Positions 15,914-25,203 of a stretch of DNA of 64,000 bases are shown here, piece after piece. Position 1 is the stretch's first letter. The number at the start of each line of letters is the position of its first letter. The translations under genes were made by a program, and so were the position numbers. The stretch covers positions 310,001 to 374,000 of IMG/VR virus record IMGVR_UViG_3300027985_000918; one strand, 5' to 3'. The notes beneath the pieces are model-generated. The model did not search any database and was not told the DNA's origin. It worked only from the letters and a program-made list of their open reading frames with translations.

Positions 15914-16813
15914 TCAGGCGATGACAGTACCGTCAGCAGCATACACGGTGACAGCCCGGCCCACACCCGTTACCGGAATAGCCGTGCCCCCGATATCAGT
16001 GGCCGTCCCACCTGCACCGTAGGTGAACGCCGGGTTCAACCAAGTGTAGGTGGCCGAGGCCAACTCGCTCAGGACCCCATCGAGAGCCGAAAGCTGGAGG
16101 GCTCCCGTGTCCACGATGGGGAGAACGAAGTTGTGGTTCACATCCTGGGTACCCGTCTGCACGGGAGCCGTCGAGGAAAGCACACTCCCGACAAAGGGAT
16201 TGCGTCCACGAACTGGAGCACCGTTAGCAGCGTAAACCGACTCGGGCCGGAGGACATTGGGGGCCGAAGTGAAAAACCCCCGCTGGGTAGCATCGAACGT
16301 ACCGGCCGCTGCTCGAACCTGAGAGTTGTCCGGCAACTTGAACCGCTCCCCTGCCAAAATGCGGAGGACTTCCCCCACCGTGCCCGTCGAGTTGCCAAGG
16401 GTCCCATCGAGATCGGAACCCGCCACACCTGCGGGTGTGTTGATGTGGATGTTGATACGGGCAAGAGTCAATGCCGTACCCGCTGCCACATCTGCCTCGA
16501 TAAGAGCGGCAATGGCGATAGCTTCTGCCGCCGTCAGGCTCTCATTGCCGCCCGTGTCCTCGACACGGTCGAGCAGATATGCTGACAGCCCGTAGGTGTC
16601 CCCGTCCACGTCCAGGGAGGCGCCGCCGCCGGCACCCGCCTGTGTGGCGACGTTACCGTTGACCCCATCCAGGAGGAAGTAGGTCTGGTAGTGGGTCTGT
16701 CCAGTGCCATCGTAGATGGCGCTCTTCTGCGATGTGTTGGGCTGGAGATCCAGGACCTGGAGAAGGCTGTCGTCCAGATCGTTTCGGGCCAGCACGATGT
16801 ATGCACGAGCCAT
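15914..16813 (-). CDS. Virion structural protein (paralog 2)
   Basis: ARAYIVLARNDL...LQVLDLQPNTSQ...LSAYLLDRV...ILAGE...VTVYAADG. Confidence 0.75.
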   Translation of the reverse strand: MARAYIVLARNDLDDSLLQVLDLQPNTSQKSAIYDGTGQTHYQTYFLLDGVNGNVATQAGAGGGASLDVDGDTYGLSAYLLDRVEDTGGNESLTAAEAIAIAALIEADVAAGTALTLARINIHINTPAGVAGSDLDGTLGNSTGTVGEVLRILAGERFKLPDNSQVRAAAGTFDATQRGFFTSAPNVLRPESVYAANGAPVRGRNPFVGSVLSSTAPVQTGTQDVNHNFVLPIVDTGALQLSALDGVLSELASATYTWLNPAFTYGAGGTATDIGGTAIPVTGVGRAVTVYAADGTVIA

Positions 16814-16828
16814 GTTGCAGTCTCCTTC

Positions 16829-18802
16829 TCAGGCCAGGGTGCCGTCGTTGTTGTAGACGGTTACGATTCGAGTGGGGGTGACTTCCGCTGTGACCGGACC
16901 CGGCTGATACCAGGTAGCCTGGAACGGCAAGAGGTCGGAATCCGGGAACAGGGTGACCGAGCCATCCTGAAGAGCAGACAGGTGTCCGTCCAGAAGGCTC
17001 TGCTGGAAACTGGAGCCGTCTACGGTGGCCCGGATGGGCTTGTTCTCCACGTTCTCAGTGTCACCCCCACGGGTGATACCCAGACCGGGATGTCGCTTCC
17101 AGGGGATGCTTGCCGTGATGACTCCACCGATCATCACGGAGTCGAACACCGTGTTGGCAGAAGTGAAAGCTCCCGCAGCCGTGGTATCCCAATCGAACCC
17201 GGACGGGTTCTTGGACGTGCCGGCTGGCACCACGTACCCACGCCCCGCCAGGATCTCCAGAATGTCCAGGACACTGGACGTGCCTGCTCCGGCGACCGAG
17301 ATACCAGACACACCGACAATGGCATTCATTGCGGCATTCATGTTGGCTGCCGCCAAAGCAGCACCAGCATCCACACGAGCGATGAGGGCTGCCGCCGCTG
17401 CGGACAGAAGAGCCGTCGTCCAAGTCTCCATCGTCCGAGCCAGGTGGTCATCGGACAGAATCTCCCGGGCAGCGTCCGTAGAGGTCAGCGTCATGGAACC
17501 CGGGGATCCCGTGGTGTCCGCAGTGATGGTAACAGTGTCCGTACCACCATTGGCTGCAGTCACCGTCGAGCCAACCGCTGCCAACAGAACATCCGAGGCG
17601 GCATTGTTCAGCGTGGTCGCCAGAGAGCCGGCAGCCAGGACATTGGTCCCCATCTGGATCAGGGATCCCCACTCCTGAGAGGCAGCAACCGGAGCGGCCA
17701 ACGTCAAAGTGGCGGCGCTCAGGACCAGCTCGGCAGCTTCCGTAGTGGCCATATCGAGCTGGCCCGAGAACCCCGGCAATGTCGCCGTCAGAGTCACCGT
17801 GTCCGTGGCAGCCACAGCAGTCATGCTGCCATCCAAGGCACCCGGGGCAGGGCCGGCATAGGCAGCACCGATCAGAGCCTGAGTGGCAACATCGTTCACC
17901 GTAGCGGCGATGGACGCAGCAACCTGAACCGAGGGATCCGTCTGGCCCTCGTAATGAGCAGCCGAACCGAACTCCTGAGCGGCAGGGTTCGGATCGGTGT
18001 GGGTCATTGCTGCGCCGGAAAGAACAACACGGAGGCCGCCGGTGCTCTCTGCCAAGGTGGCGTCGCCCCAAGCACCCAACACACTGGGGGTCAGGGTGAC
18101 AGTATCCGTACCACCGCTTGCCCCAGTCAGGGTACCACCAGTGGCGGCGGGGACCAGTGCGTCCAGGGCTGCCGTCAACAGAGCCTGCGTGGCGGCGTCG
18201 TTGATGGCCTGCGCCAAGAAACCGGCAGATGCAATGTCACTACCCGCTGTAGCCGAATCCTGGAACACCTGGTTGGGGAAATCGTTTGCGCCGTTGGTCG
18301 CCGTGAACAACACCCCAGCGATAGTGATGGTATCTCCGTTCTGGATACCAGCAACCTGGATGGTCCCTGTGGCCGCACCCTCGACGCAGTCAAAAGCGAC
18401 GAGACCCAGGGTGAGCCGGCCCACCGCAGCAGTCGGATCATTGACGGTGACCGTGCCCTCTGCCGTGTTCTCCACAGCAGTGAAAGCCACCCCCCCAAGA
18501 GTGACCAGGTCACCAACAAGAGGTCCGACCATCTGGACGGTCCCCACGGCGGCTTCCGAACCCCCTGGGTCCACCCGATCCGCCAGGTAAGCCGACAGGC
18601 CTCGCAGGGAAGCATTCGGGTCGTTCTGGCGCAGAAGGGCTCCGCTGGCGGTCACGATCACAGGATCGTTTTGCACCCGGTTGACGTAGCGGGTCTGTCC
18701 CGGCGGGTCCAGGTTGCTGCGTAGACTGGTGTTGGGCACCAGATCTAGAACCTGAAGGGTGCCGTCGGGGATGTCTGTCCTTGCAAGGCAAATGTACGGC
18801 AT
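16829..18802 (-). CDS. Virion structural protein (paralog 1) with internal repeated modules
   Basis: YICLARTD...LQVLDLVPNTS...LSAYLADRV...ILAGR...VTVYNNDG; about three AIND.A.QALL...TDTVTLT modules. Confidence 0.75.
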   Translation of the reverse strand: MPYICLARTDIPDGTLQVLDLVPNTSLRSNLDPPGQTRYVNRVQNDPVIVTASGALLRQNDPNASLRGLSAYLADRVDPGGSEAAVGTVQMVGPLVGDLVTLGGVAFTAVENTAEGTVTVNDPTAAVGRLTLGLVAFDCVEGAATGTIQVAGIQNGDTITIAGVLFTATNGANDFPNQVFQDSATAGSDIASAGFLAQAINDAATQALLTAALDALVPAATGGTLTGASGGTDTVTLTPSVLGAWGDATLAESTGGLRVVLSGAAMTHTDPNPAAQEFGSAAHYEGQTDPSVQVAASIAATVNDVATQALIGAAYAGPAPGALDGSMTAVAATDTVTLTATLPGFSGQLDMATTEAAELVLSAATLTLAAPVAASQEWGSLIQMGTNVLAAGSLATTLNNAASDVLLAAVGSTVTAANGGTDTVTITADTTGSPGSMTLTSTDAAREILSDDHLARTMETWTTALLSAAAAALIARVDAGAALAAANMNAAMNAIVGVSGISVAGAGTSSVLDILEILAGRGYVVPAGTSKNPSGFDWDTTAAGAFTSANTVFDSVMIGGVITASIPWKRHPGLGITRGGDTENVENKPIRATVDGSSFQQSLLDGHLSALQDGSVTLFPDSDLLPFQATWYQPGPVTAEVTPTRIVTVYNNDGTLA

Positions 18803-18827
18803 GGTTGATTGCTCTCCGTTTCCGCTT

Positions 18828-18890
18828 CGGGCGAGCCTCTACTCGCCTATCAGGTCCGGGCGAGCCTCTACTCGCCTATCAGGTCCGGGC
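18828..18890. repeat. Perfect 29-bp tandem repeat (2.2 copies), each unit containing a hairpin
   Basis: CGGGCGAGCCTCTACTCGCCTATCAGGTC twice plus CGGGC; GGCGAG/CTCGCC stem in each unit. Confidence 0.95.
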
Positions 18891-18905
18891 TATAGGCTCT
18901 CTATC
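18876..18905 (-). promoter_or_regulatory. Putative class-I (late) promoter
   Basis: GAT-AGAGAGCC-TAT-N12-ATAG. Confidence 0.6.
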
Positions 18906-20094
18906 AAACCCCGCCCTTAGCCCCCAGGCCCAGGTTGGCGAGGATGGCGAACGCTGGGTTCCCCCCACCCGTACCACTGGACACGAAAATCTCCTTCACC
19001 GAGCCGAAGGTAGTGATCTCTCCCCCTGCGGGGATTTCCACATAGGGCTGGGACCACCCAAAGCTCGCTGCCAGCACAACTCCCCCCGCATCCAAGTTAC
19101 GAACCGTGATCGAAGTGGTAGGCCGGGGGAGTACCACCACATAGGGGGGGCCGTTCGGGTCCGTCAGCGCCCGGTTGAACTGGTCGGGGGTATCCCCCGA
19201 AACCACGCCGAAATCGGGAGATGTCCCCGAGATCACTACAGTCCCCTCTGGCATCCACATGACAGGAAGGTTCGGAATCACCAAAGTGGGGCCCAGTACG
19301 GGAAGCCCTACGTTGGCGGGGAGAGCCAAAGCTGCTCCCGAGAGAGTAACTCGGGCACCTGCCGTGTTCTCCGCCAACGTGACCAGCTCCCCGTCCGTGC
19401 CGAGCACCGAGGCAGTAATGGTCACCGTGTCCGAAGTCCCTCCTGCGTTATCAGCAGCCACAGTCACCCCAACGGGTACGGCTGCCAGCAACAGAGCCTG
19501 GGAAGCGGGATCGTTGATTGCAGCCACCAAACTGGTGGCGGTGGCGGTAGCAGACCCCGAAGCAGCCACATCGTCGAACTGCTGGAGGGCCGGGTTGGCC
19601 GGTCCGGGATTCACTGCTGTGAAAGGAACGCCTGCGATAGTGATGATGTCGCCTGCGGCACAACCGCCCAGGATCTGAGCAGTCCCGTCAGCGTACCCCT
19701 GAATCACCAGGGGTACCCCGTTCCGGACCTGCTGAACAGCCACGTACATCTGACCATTGGGGGCGGCGATGCCGTACTCCGCCAGGTCAAACAGGGCTCG
19801 GGTCGTCCCCCGCATAGACTCGTCGATGACCCCAAAACCCTTACGGCGAAGTCCCGGGCTAATGAACTTCTGTCCCTTGGTGACCTGGAACATCATCTGC
19901 CGGTTAGCAATCGTCCCACCTACACCAGAGCCCGCCGGGTTGCCGTACAGGTCGTCGGGGTTGGGGGAGCCCCATACCCGATAAGCCGTGACCTCGGGGT
20001 CATTCCAAATCTGGATGTCAATCCGGCGATCCGTTCGCAGGACCAACCCCGCAAATTGGCCCCAAGGACCGATATCGGAGTGGTACAGGCTCAT
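18904..20094 (-). CDS. Virion structural protein
   Basis: Contains the same GDIITIAGVPFTA...LVAAINDPASQALL...GGTSDTVTITA module as 16829..18802. Confidence 0.7.
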   Translation of the reverse strand: MSLYHSDIGPWGQFAGLVLRTDRRIDIQIWNDPEVTAYRVWGSPNPDDLYGNPAGSGVGGTIANRQMMFQVTKGQKFISPGLRRKGFGVIDESMRGTTRALFDLAEYGIAAPNGQMYVAVQQVRNGVPLVIQGYADGTAQILGGCAAGDIITIAGVPFTAVNPGPANPALQQFDDVAASGSATATATSLVAAINDPASQALLLAAVPVGVTVAADNAGGTSDTVTITASVLGTDGELVTLAENTAGARVTLSGAALALPANVGLPVLGPTLVIPNLPVMWMPEGTVVISGTSPDFGVVSGDTPDQFNRALTDPNGPPYVVVLPRPTTSITVRNLDAGGVVLAASFGWSQPYVEIPAGGEITTFGSVKEIFVSSGTGGGNPAFAILANLGLGAKGGV

Positions 20095-20465
20095 GCGCTC
20101 TTCTCCTGCTGGATCTTGCTGTCGTAGGCGCTTGTGTCGTGGCCCTTGGAAGCAGCCAGCCTCTTGGCCTCATCCCAAGAGTCCACCCGCTCCCCCCCGA
20201 CATTGGGGACCAGGGTCACACCTGGAGCTTCCTTGAGCTTCGCCCGGCCCTTTTCAGACAGGCGACGGTTTTTTTCCGCCATCTGCCCCTTAATCTTCAT
20301 GTTCTTCCCAATCCAGTTGTCTCCCTTTTGGAGGAAGGCAACCTGCCCCACAACCCGCCTGGCGAGCAAACCGCAGGTGCAAGGCTGGGGGGCAGTGCAG
20401 GCGGACCGTTCGACGTTCACTCCGAACGTCTCGCCGCAGGAGCATTTGTACGAGTAGGTCGGCAT
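20091..20465 (-). CDS. FmdB-family zinc ribbon protein
   Basis: MPTYSYKCSCGETF...CTCG...RVV. Confidence 0.8.
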   Translation of the reverse strand: MPTYSYKCSCGETFGVNVERSACTAPQPCTCGLLARRVVGQVAFLQKGDNWIGKNMKIKGQMAEKNRRLSEKGRAKLKEAPGVTLVPNVGGERVDSWDEAKRLAASKGHDTSAYDSKIQQEKSA

Positions 20466-20602
20466 TCAATTCTCCCCTCGGGTGAAAACCCACCCGCACC
20501 GGGTCCTCTTTGCCCGCCCGCTCAAGATGTTGCCCACAGACCTATGCCCCAGACGAGAGGCCTCCTCTCTTACCGAGGCGAACACGTAGATCTCGCACAA
20601 CC

Positions 20603-22519
20603 TCACCATCCCGCTCTCCTTCCCTTCAGCTCCATATACCGAGAAACCACCGCCCGAATCGAAACCTCAGGGATGATGTGGATGGCCCACATCTCACCGT
20701 TCTGGAGAATATCGGAGAGATACCGAAGACCCCCTTCCTCCACGGACCCTCGGCGTCCCTTCGAGTCTTTCCCAGGCACGTTCCAATCCATTCCGAGGGC
20801 GTGGTTCAGTACGGCGAGGGCATGCTGGCACACCCCGTGACGGTGCTCCGGGTCCTTGACCACCGGAACGCTGGCGGTCCCCACCGGCTTCCCATACAGG
20901 TACCCAAGGTTCCTTGCCCAATGCTCAGGACCTTGCCACCTCCAATAAGGGCAAGAGCAAGACAGAAACACGTCAGCCTTGGACAGCCTGCGGGCAGTTC
21001 CCCTCACCTTCCCCTGAACCTTCACCTGGTGTACCCCGGATTTCCCTGTCACGTTGAACACCCACATCCCGTTTTTGGTGTCCACCCTCTTGAGCTTGAC
21101 AGGAAGACCCTGGGACTTGCTCCGAATAGTATCGTCCACATTCGCCATGATGTCCGAGATACGGTAGGCCACCTTGGCGAACCTCTTCTCGTCCCTGTTC
21201 TGGAAAGAATGGCCCTCGGGAATGACCTTGGCAGAACCTGGGTTGTCTGTGACAGGGGTCAGATTATCGAGGGTCCTCTCACCACGATCCCTCTTCTCCT
21301 TCCGGTCCTTCCGGTCCACAGCCCGGTCGAATTTCTGACCCGAGTCATCCTTGCGGTCCTGCTTCTCGTACAGCATCTCGGCCTTGCGGGCGAGTCTTTC
21401 GGGCAGGCTGACGGCCACCAGGATGTCCTCGGTATCCTCCAACTCGGGGATGGTCTCGTCAACGTCCTCCTCTTCGTCGTACCCCAGAACCTGATCCAGG
21501 TACTCGAAGAAATAGTCATCATCCACTGCCGCCTCATTGAAGAAGTCCTCCAAAGAACGGCTCATGTACATGCTGCCAACGTGGAACGTCACAGACCCGG
21601 TGAGGGGAGAAACATCCGTGATGAACCCCCACTGCTGGGTGGGAATGTGGTAGAACTCAACAGGATTGATCAGGGCCTGAGCCTTCTTATCCGGGCTCTT
21701 GCTCACCTCTTTCCGGTAGTCTTTGCTCCGTTGTTTGATGCTGCGGGCCCCCCCCGGCCACCTGGTGAACTTGGCGGGTTGATCTCTGCGACGCCGCTGA
21801 TCCCTCTTGTACTTTCCCCGATTCTTGAAGCGGGTGTACCACTTCCTCATCCGAGTGCGGACCTTTCCCCGGTTCCGCCGGTACCACTTCTGGTAGTACC
21901 TCTTGGCCTGCCCACGCTGGTTCCGCTGCCGGTTGGCACCCGGGTACGGGGGGCCGTTGATAGCGGCAGACTTCATCCCCAGCAGCTCCCCGATCTCATC
22001 AAACTGCTGCTCTTCCTCGGTGGGCTGCTGGAACACATCGTGAATGCCCACCCCGTCGGAGCCTCGGCAGTAACCCCCCGCCTTCCTGGGGGTGGCGTTG
22101 TACTTCCGAAGGACCGCCAAGATCTCTTCCTGCGTCGGCATGATGGAGTCATAGCTCTGACCCTCATCGTCGGCGTAGACTCCCGGACGGCGAGTGTTCA
22201 TCCCTGGGCCAGTCTGGGCCGGTTGGGGGTCCTGACCTGGGTGTTTGTCCCCAGGCTTTCCCTGAGTCCGGGCCTTGTCCTTGTGGACAGACTTGCCATC
22301 CTGCCCCGTGCCACTAGGGCCGGGGGTGTTGAAGTTATGCGGCCCCGTCTTCGTGGTGTTGGTCCACTGGGGGCTGGGGAGGGCCTGGGGCTTCCGCTCA
22401 TGTTCCCCCGGGGTACTGGACCCAGGAGAGGGATTCGTATCCTTGACGACGGTCTTGACCCCCCCAAGGTCCTGCGTGCGGTATGCCTGTACGACGTTCA
22501 GGACTCCGTTGCTCATCAC
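20603..22519 (-). CDS. Multi-segment late protein with a highly basic helix and C-terminal SWIM zinc finger
   Basis: CSCPYWRWQG...CQH; R/K/Y/W-rich segment; acidic segment. Confidence 0.75.
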   Translation of the reverse strand: MMSNGVLNVVQAYRTQDLGGVKTVVKDTNPSPGSSTPGEHERKPQALPSPQWTNTTKTGPHNFNTPGPSGTGQDGKSVHKDKARTQGKPGDKHPGQDPQPAQTGPGMNTRRPGVYADDEGQSYDSIMPTQEEILAVLRKYNATPRKAGGYCRGSDGVGIHDVFQQPTEEEQQFDEIGELLGMKSAAINGPPYPGANRQRNQRGQAKRYYQKWYRRNRGKVRTRMRKWYTRFKNRGKYKRDQRRRRDQPAKFTRWPGGARSIKQRSKDYRKEVSKSPDKKAQALINPVEFYHIPTQQWGFITDVSPLTGSVTFHVGSMYMSRSLEDFFNEAAVDDDYFFEYLDQVLGYDEEEDVDETIPELEDTEDILVAVSLPERLARKAEMLYEKQDRKDDSGQKFDRAVDRKDRKEKRDRGERTLDNLTPVTDNPGSAKVIPEGHSFQNRDEKRFAKVAYRISDIMANVDDTIRSKSQGLPVKLKRVDTKNGMWVFNVTGKSGVHQVKVQGKVRGTARRLSKADVFLSCSCPYWRWQGPEHWARNLGYLYGKPVGTASVPVVKDPEHRHGVCQHALAVLNHALGMDWNVPGKDSKGRRGSVEEGGLRYLSDILQNGEMWAIHIIPEVSIRAVVSRYMELKGRRAGW

Positions 22520-22923
22520 TCGTCCCCCTGCCGCTCCATCCAGGCAGAGGCCACCCGGAACACTGCCTCCGGGTCCGAGCTGCGATTCATGCCCCCGCCA
22601 AACGCAGGAGACAGAGCCTCATCCACGAGCTGCTTTTGGGAGAATGGGAGGCGAGCTTCGAGGAAGGTTTCCCCCATTCGGGAAAGGACCAAGGCCGTGC
22701 GATCTAGCACTTCCTCCAGAGCGGCCATTCGGGAGGGGGCATCTACGATCATGTCCCCAGCCACCTGGTACAAGTGCTCCTTCTGGTCGGAGTGCTCCAC
22801 CAGATCCTGTGCCCGGTTGATCAGGTGCCGGAGGCGGTGAGCCTCCAGGCGTGCCTGGGTCACCCCCTCGGTGATCAGTGCCCAGGCAGCCTGAGAACTG
22901 GCGGTTTTTGCGATCTTGCTCAC
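22516..22923 (-). CDS. Hypothetical late (virion) protein
   Basis: KIAKTAS at the N-terminus, RVASAW tag at the C-terminus; GGAGG RBS. Confidence 0.7.
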   Translation of the reverse strand: MSKIAKTASSQAAWALITEGVTQARLEAHRLRHLINRAQDLVEHSDQKEHLYQVAGDMIVDAPSRMAALEEVLDRTALVLSRMGETFLEARLPFSQKQLVDEALSPAFGGGMNRSSDPEAVFRVASAWMERQGDE

Positions 22924-22947
22924 GTTGCAGCCCTCCAGTGGCAGACT

Positions 22948-22978
22948 TCACTCAGGGGCCGCCGATAGGCGAGCAACC
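22948..22978 (-). promoter_or_regulatory. Putative class-I (late) promoter
   Basis: GGT-TGCTCGCC-TAT-N13-GTGA. Confidence 0.6.
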
Positions 22979-22981
22979 GAA

Positions 22982-24301
22982 TTAGCCCTGGAGCTTGGAG
23001 ACCTCGGAGCGAATACGCTTGACGATACCCGGGGACTCGATAGCGTAGATAGCCTCAAGAATATCCGGAGAGTCGGCGTAGAAATCCACCGCTTCGGACA
23101 CCCGATTCCGCCAATGCTGCGACTTGTCCCAGGTGCTCACGATCTCCTGGATCGCTGCCTGACGGTCCAGCCTCTGGGGGGCGTTGCCAATCACGACTCC
23201 CGGGATGAGAGCCGGAGTAGACACCGCTTGGCTCCCCATCGCCTCACCGATGGAAGTGTCGATGGTGACCTCCAGGTCATCCCCACTCTGGACCGGGAAC
23301 CGCCTCGCCTGGTTCATGTGGGAAGGGTTCACCCCGTCGTCGATGACCGGAGCCTGAGGAGCCGACCCGACGATAACCTGGGGGGTCTCCCACTGCGGCG
23401 TAGCCCCAACCTCCGCCTGAAGGTTGCGGATAGCCCCATCATCCCGGATGAGAGTTCCGGCGGGCTCCCCGTGCATGGGATCGATGCTGATCGGACGATC
23501 CGTTCGGCCCGTCCACTCCCGGAGCTGAGGGTCCCCCTCGGCACCGACGGCCGCTGCCTTGCTGCTGGTCCGCACATGACCGATAACGTCACCCTGCTGT
23601 CCATCCATCATATGAACGGCGTACTTGCCCCCCCCGACCTTCCGAACCCCCCCCTCATCATCCGCCGAATTGTGCCGCTGCCCACCGAAGCTGTCCGGCT
23701 TCACGAGCTGCTGGTTGTAAGCGATCTGCTGGATGACGGCATTGTTGTATTCGTCCGTGGCGAAACTGAACTCCTTTTCGCTCGGGTAGTCCCTACGATT
23801 CGGCCAGGGCGGAAGGGCGCTCTCGTCCACCCAGGCCGGGACGATCTGCCCGCTGGGTAGCTGCTTCCGTCCCCGGACCACCTGAGCAGACGCCTGGTGC
23901 TGAGCGGCAGCCTGGGTCTGCGGACTGCGGGTCGGAGTCGGCTGCGGAGCCTGGGGTTGGCGACGAACACCCACCTGGCCTACCACCTGCTCTTCATGGG
24001 ACACCACCGCAGTGTGTACGGCCTGACGATCCCGGTTACCAGAGTCGGCTGCATGAACCTGCACCCCGGCGGGCTGAGGCCGGTAGATGGACTGGGTGTC
24101 GGCCACGGGAACAAGCCACCCGCCGAGGATGCCGCCTTTGAGGGTGGGCATCGAGAACGTCTCCCCGCCCATTTTGAGGGTGACACCATCAAACTCGACC
24201 TCCACGTCCTTGACGAGGTCTCGTTCGATGGGACCAAGGTGGACGGTGGTGGTTGCACGGAACTTGAGAAATGTGCCGGGTTTGAACTGGATCTGGCTCA
24301 T
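22982..24301 (-). CDS. Hypothetical protein
   Basis: Start MSQIQF with GGAGG RBS; long Pro/Gln-rich linker; C-terminal WDKSQHWRNRV domain. Confidence 0.7.
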   Translation of the reverse strand: MSQIQFKPGTFLKFRATTTVHLGPIERDLVKDVEVEFDGVTLKMGGETFSMPTLKGGILGGWLVPVADTQSIYRPQPAGVQVHAADSGNRDRQAVHTAVVSHEEQVVGQVGVRRQPQAPQPTPTRSPQTQAAAQHQASAQVVRGRKQLPSGQIVPAWVDESALPPWPNRRDYPSEKEFSFATDEYNNAVIQQIAYNQQLVKPDSFGGQRHNSADDEGGVRKVGGGKYAVHMMDGQQGDVIGHVRTSSKAAAVGAEGDPQLREWTGRTDRPISIDPMHGEPAGTLIRDDGAIRNLQAEVGATPQWETPQVIVGSAPQAPVIDDGVNPSHMNQARRFPVQSGDDLEVTIDTSIGEAMGSQAVSTPALIPGVVIGNAPQRLDRQAAIQEIVSTWDKSQHWRNRVSEAVDFYADSPDILEAIYAIESPGIVKRIRSEVSKLQG

Positions 24302-24368
24302 CGTATGTATCCTCCATGAGATGTGGGCCCACAGCCCATACCGCCACAATACCCTTCGGTTCTCGGGA

Positions 24369-24632
24369 TCAGTTCAAAGGGAGAGAACCGGGAGGCATAT
24401 TGAGCAAAGACAGGGTCGCCTGAAGGTGGGTGACCATAATGGGGAGAAGTTTCCGGGGAGCCCGCACTCTCGATACCACCGTTGCTCGGTTGACAGTTGG
24501 GCTGTACAGCAGAAACTCCAGGAACACCTTTGCGGGGATATCACTGTCCAGGACTCGGAAAGCATTAGCATACATTCCGAGTTCCAAACGGGGGTCGATA
24601 CTCACCTGGGCCATATTCCGGCTGCCGGTCAT
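24369..24632 (-). CDS. Small hypothetical protein (DUF3467-like)
   Basis: YANAFRV...VFLEF...VVSRVR. Confidence 0.6.
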   Translation of the reverse strand: MTGSRNMAQVSIDPRLELGMYANAFRVLDSDIPAKVFLEFLLYSPTVNRATVVSRVRAPRKLLPIMVTHLQATLSLLNMPPGSLPLN

Positions 24633-24699
24633 TCAGGACGCCTCCTGGAGTCACACCTTGACAGTACCAGGGTACTCTTGTCAGATGCTGGAGGTTCTA

Positions 24700-25122
24700 A
24701 TGCAGAGATACGTGGCCGGCTTCATGTTCAACCCTTCGATGGACCATCTCGCCCTGGTGCGGAAGAAGCGCCCCCCGTGGCAAGAAGGACGCCTGAACGC
24801 CATTGGGGGGGAAATCGCTGAGGGAGAGGAGCCTCTGGAAGCAATGGTAAGAGAGTTCCAGGAAGAGACGGGGGTCTTCCATACGGAGTGGGAACCCACG
24901 GTCATCCTACACAAGGAAAATGTGTTCGAGGTCCACTTCTTCCGAGCGTTCTCCAAAAGAGTCTACGAAGTTAGGACGATTGAAGATGAGGCCATCGAAC
25001 TGCACCCTCTGACCCACCTGAATGCGGGACCCTCCTTCAGGACCATCCCGAATCTAAGCTGGCTCGTACCTATGCAGCTCGACCTCCACTTGGACTTCCC
25101 AGTCACCCTCTCCGAGAGATAA
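24700..25122 (+). CDS. Nudix hydrolase
   Basis: Nudix box GGEIAEGEEPLEAMVREFQEETG; GGAGG RBS before the ATG at 24700. Confidence 0.92.
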   Translation: MQRYVAGFMFNPSMDHLALVRKKRPPWQEGRLNAIGGEIAEGEEPLEAMVREFQEETGVFHTEWEPTVILHKENVFEVHFFRAFSKRVYEVRTIEDEAIELHPLTHLNAGPSFRTIPNLSWLVPMQLDLHLDFPVTLSER

Positions 25123-25203
25123 ACCGAAACTACCCAAGAAGAGAGCCCCCCCCACAGCAGTGTGGAAGGGGCTCACGAAAGTAGCGGAGCCCTTCTGTCG
25201 GGT

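Noticed and set aside
16691-18724. 677-aa plus-strand ORF and similar long antisense ORFs (4499..5938, 18781..20127, 20510..22840, 25162..26730, 30730..32208, 49038..50489)
   Set aside because: Shadow frames opposite well-supported genes in GC-rich DNA; no RBS or motifs and atypical composition.
18828-18890. 29-bp palindromic repeat as a CRISPR array
   Set aside because: The units are directly adjacent with no spacers, there are only two copies, and no cas operon is present.
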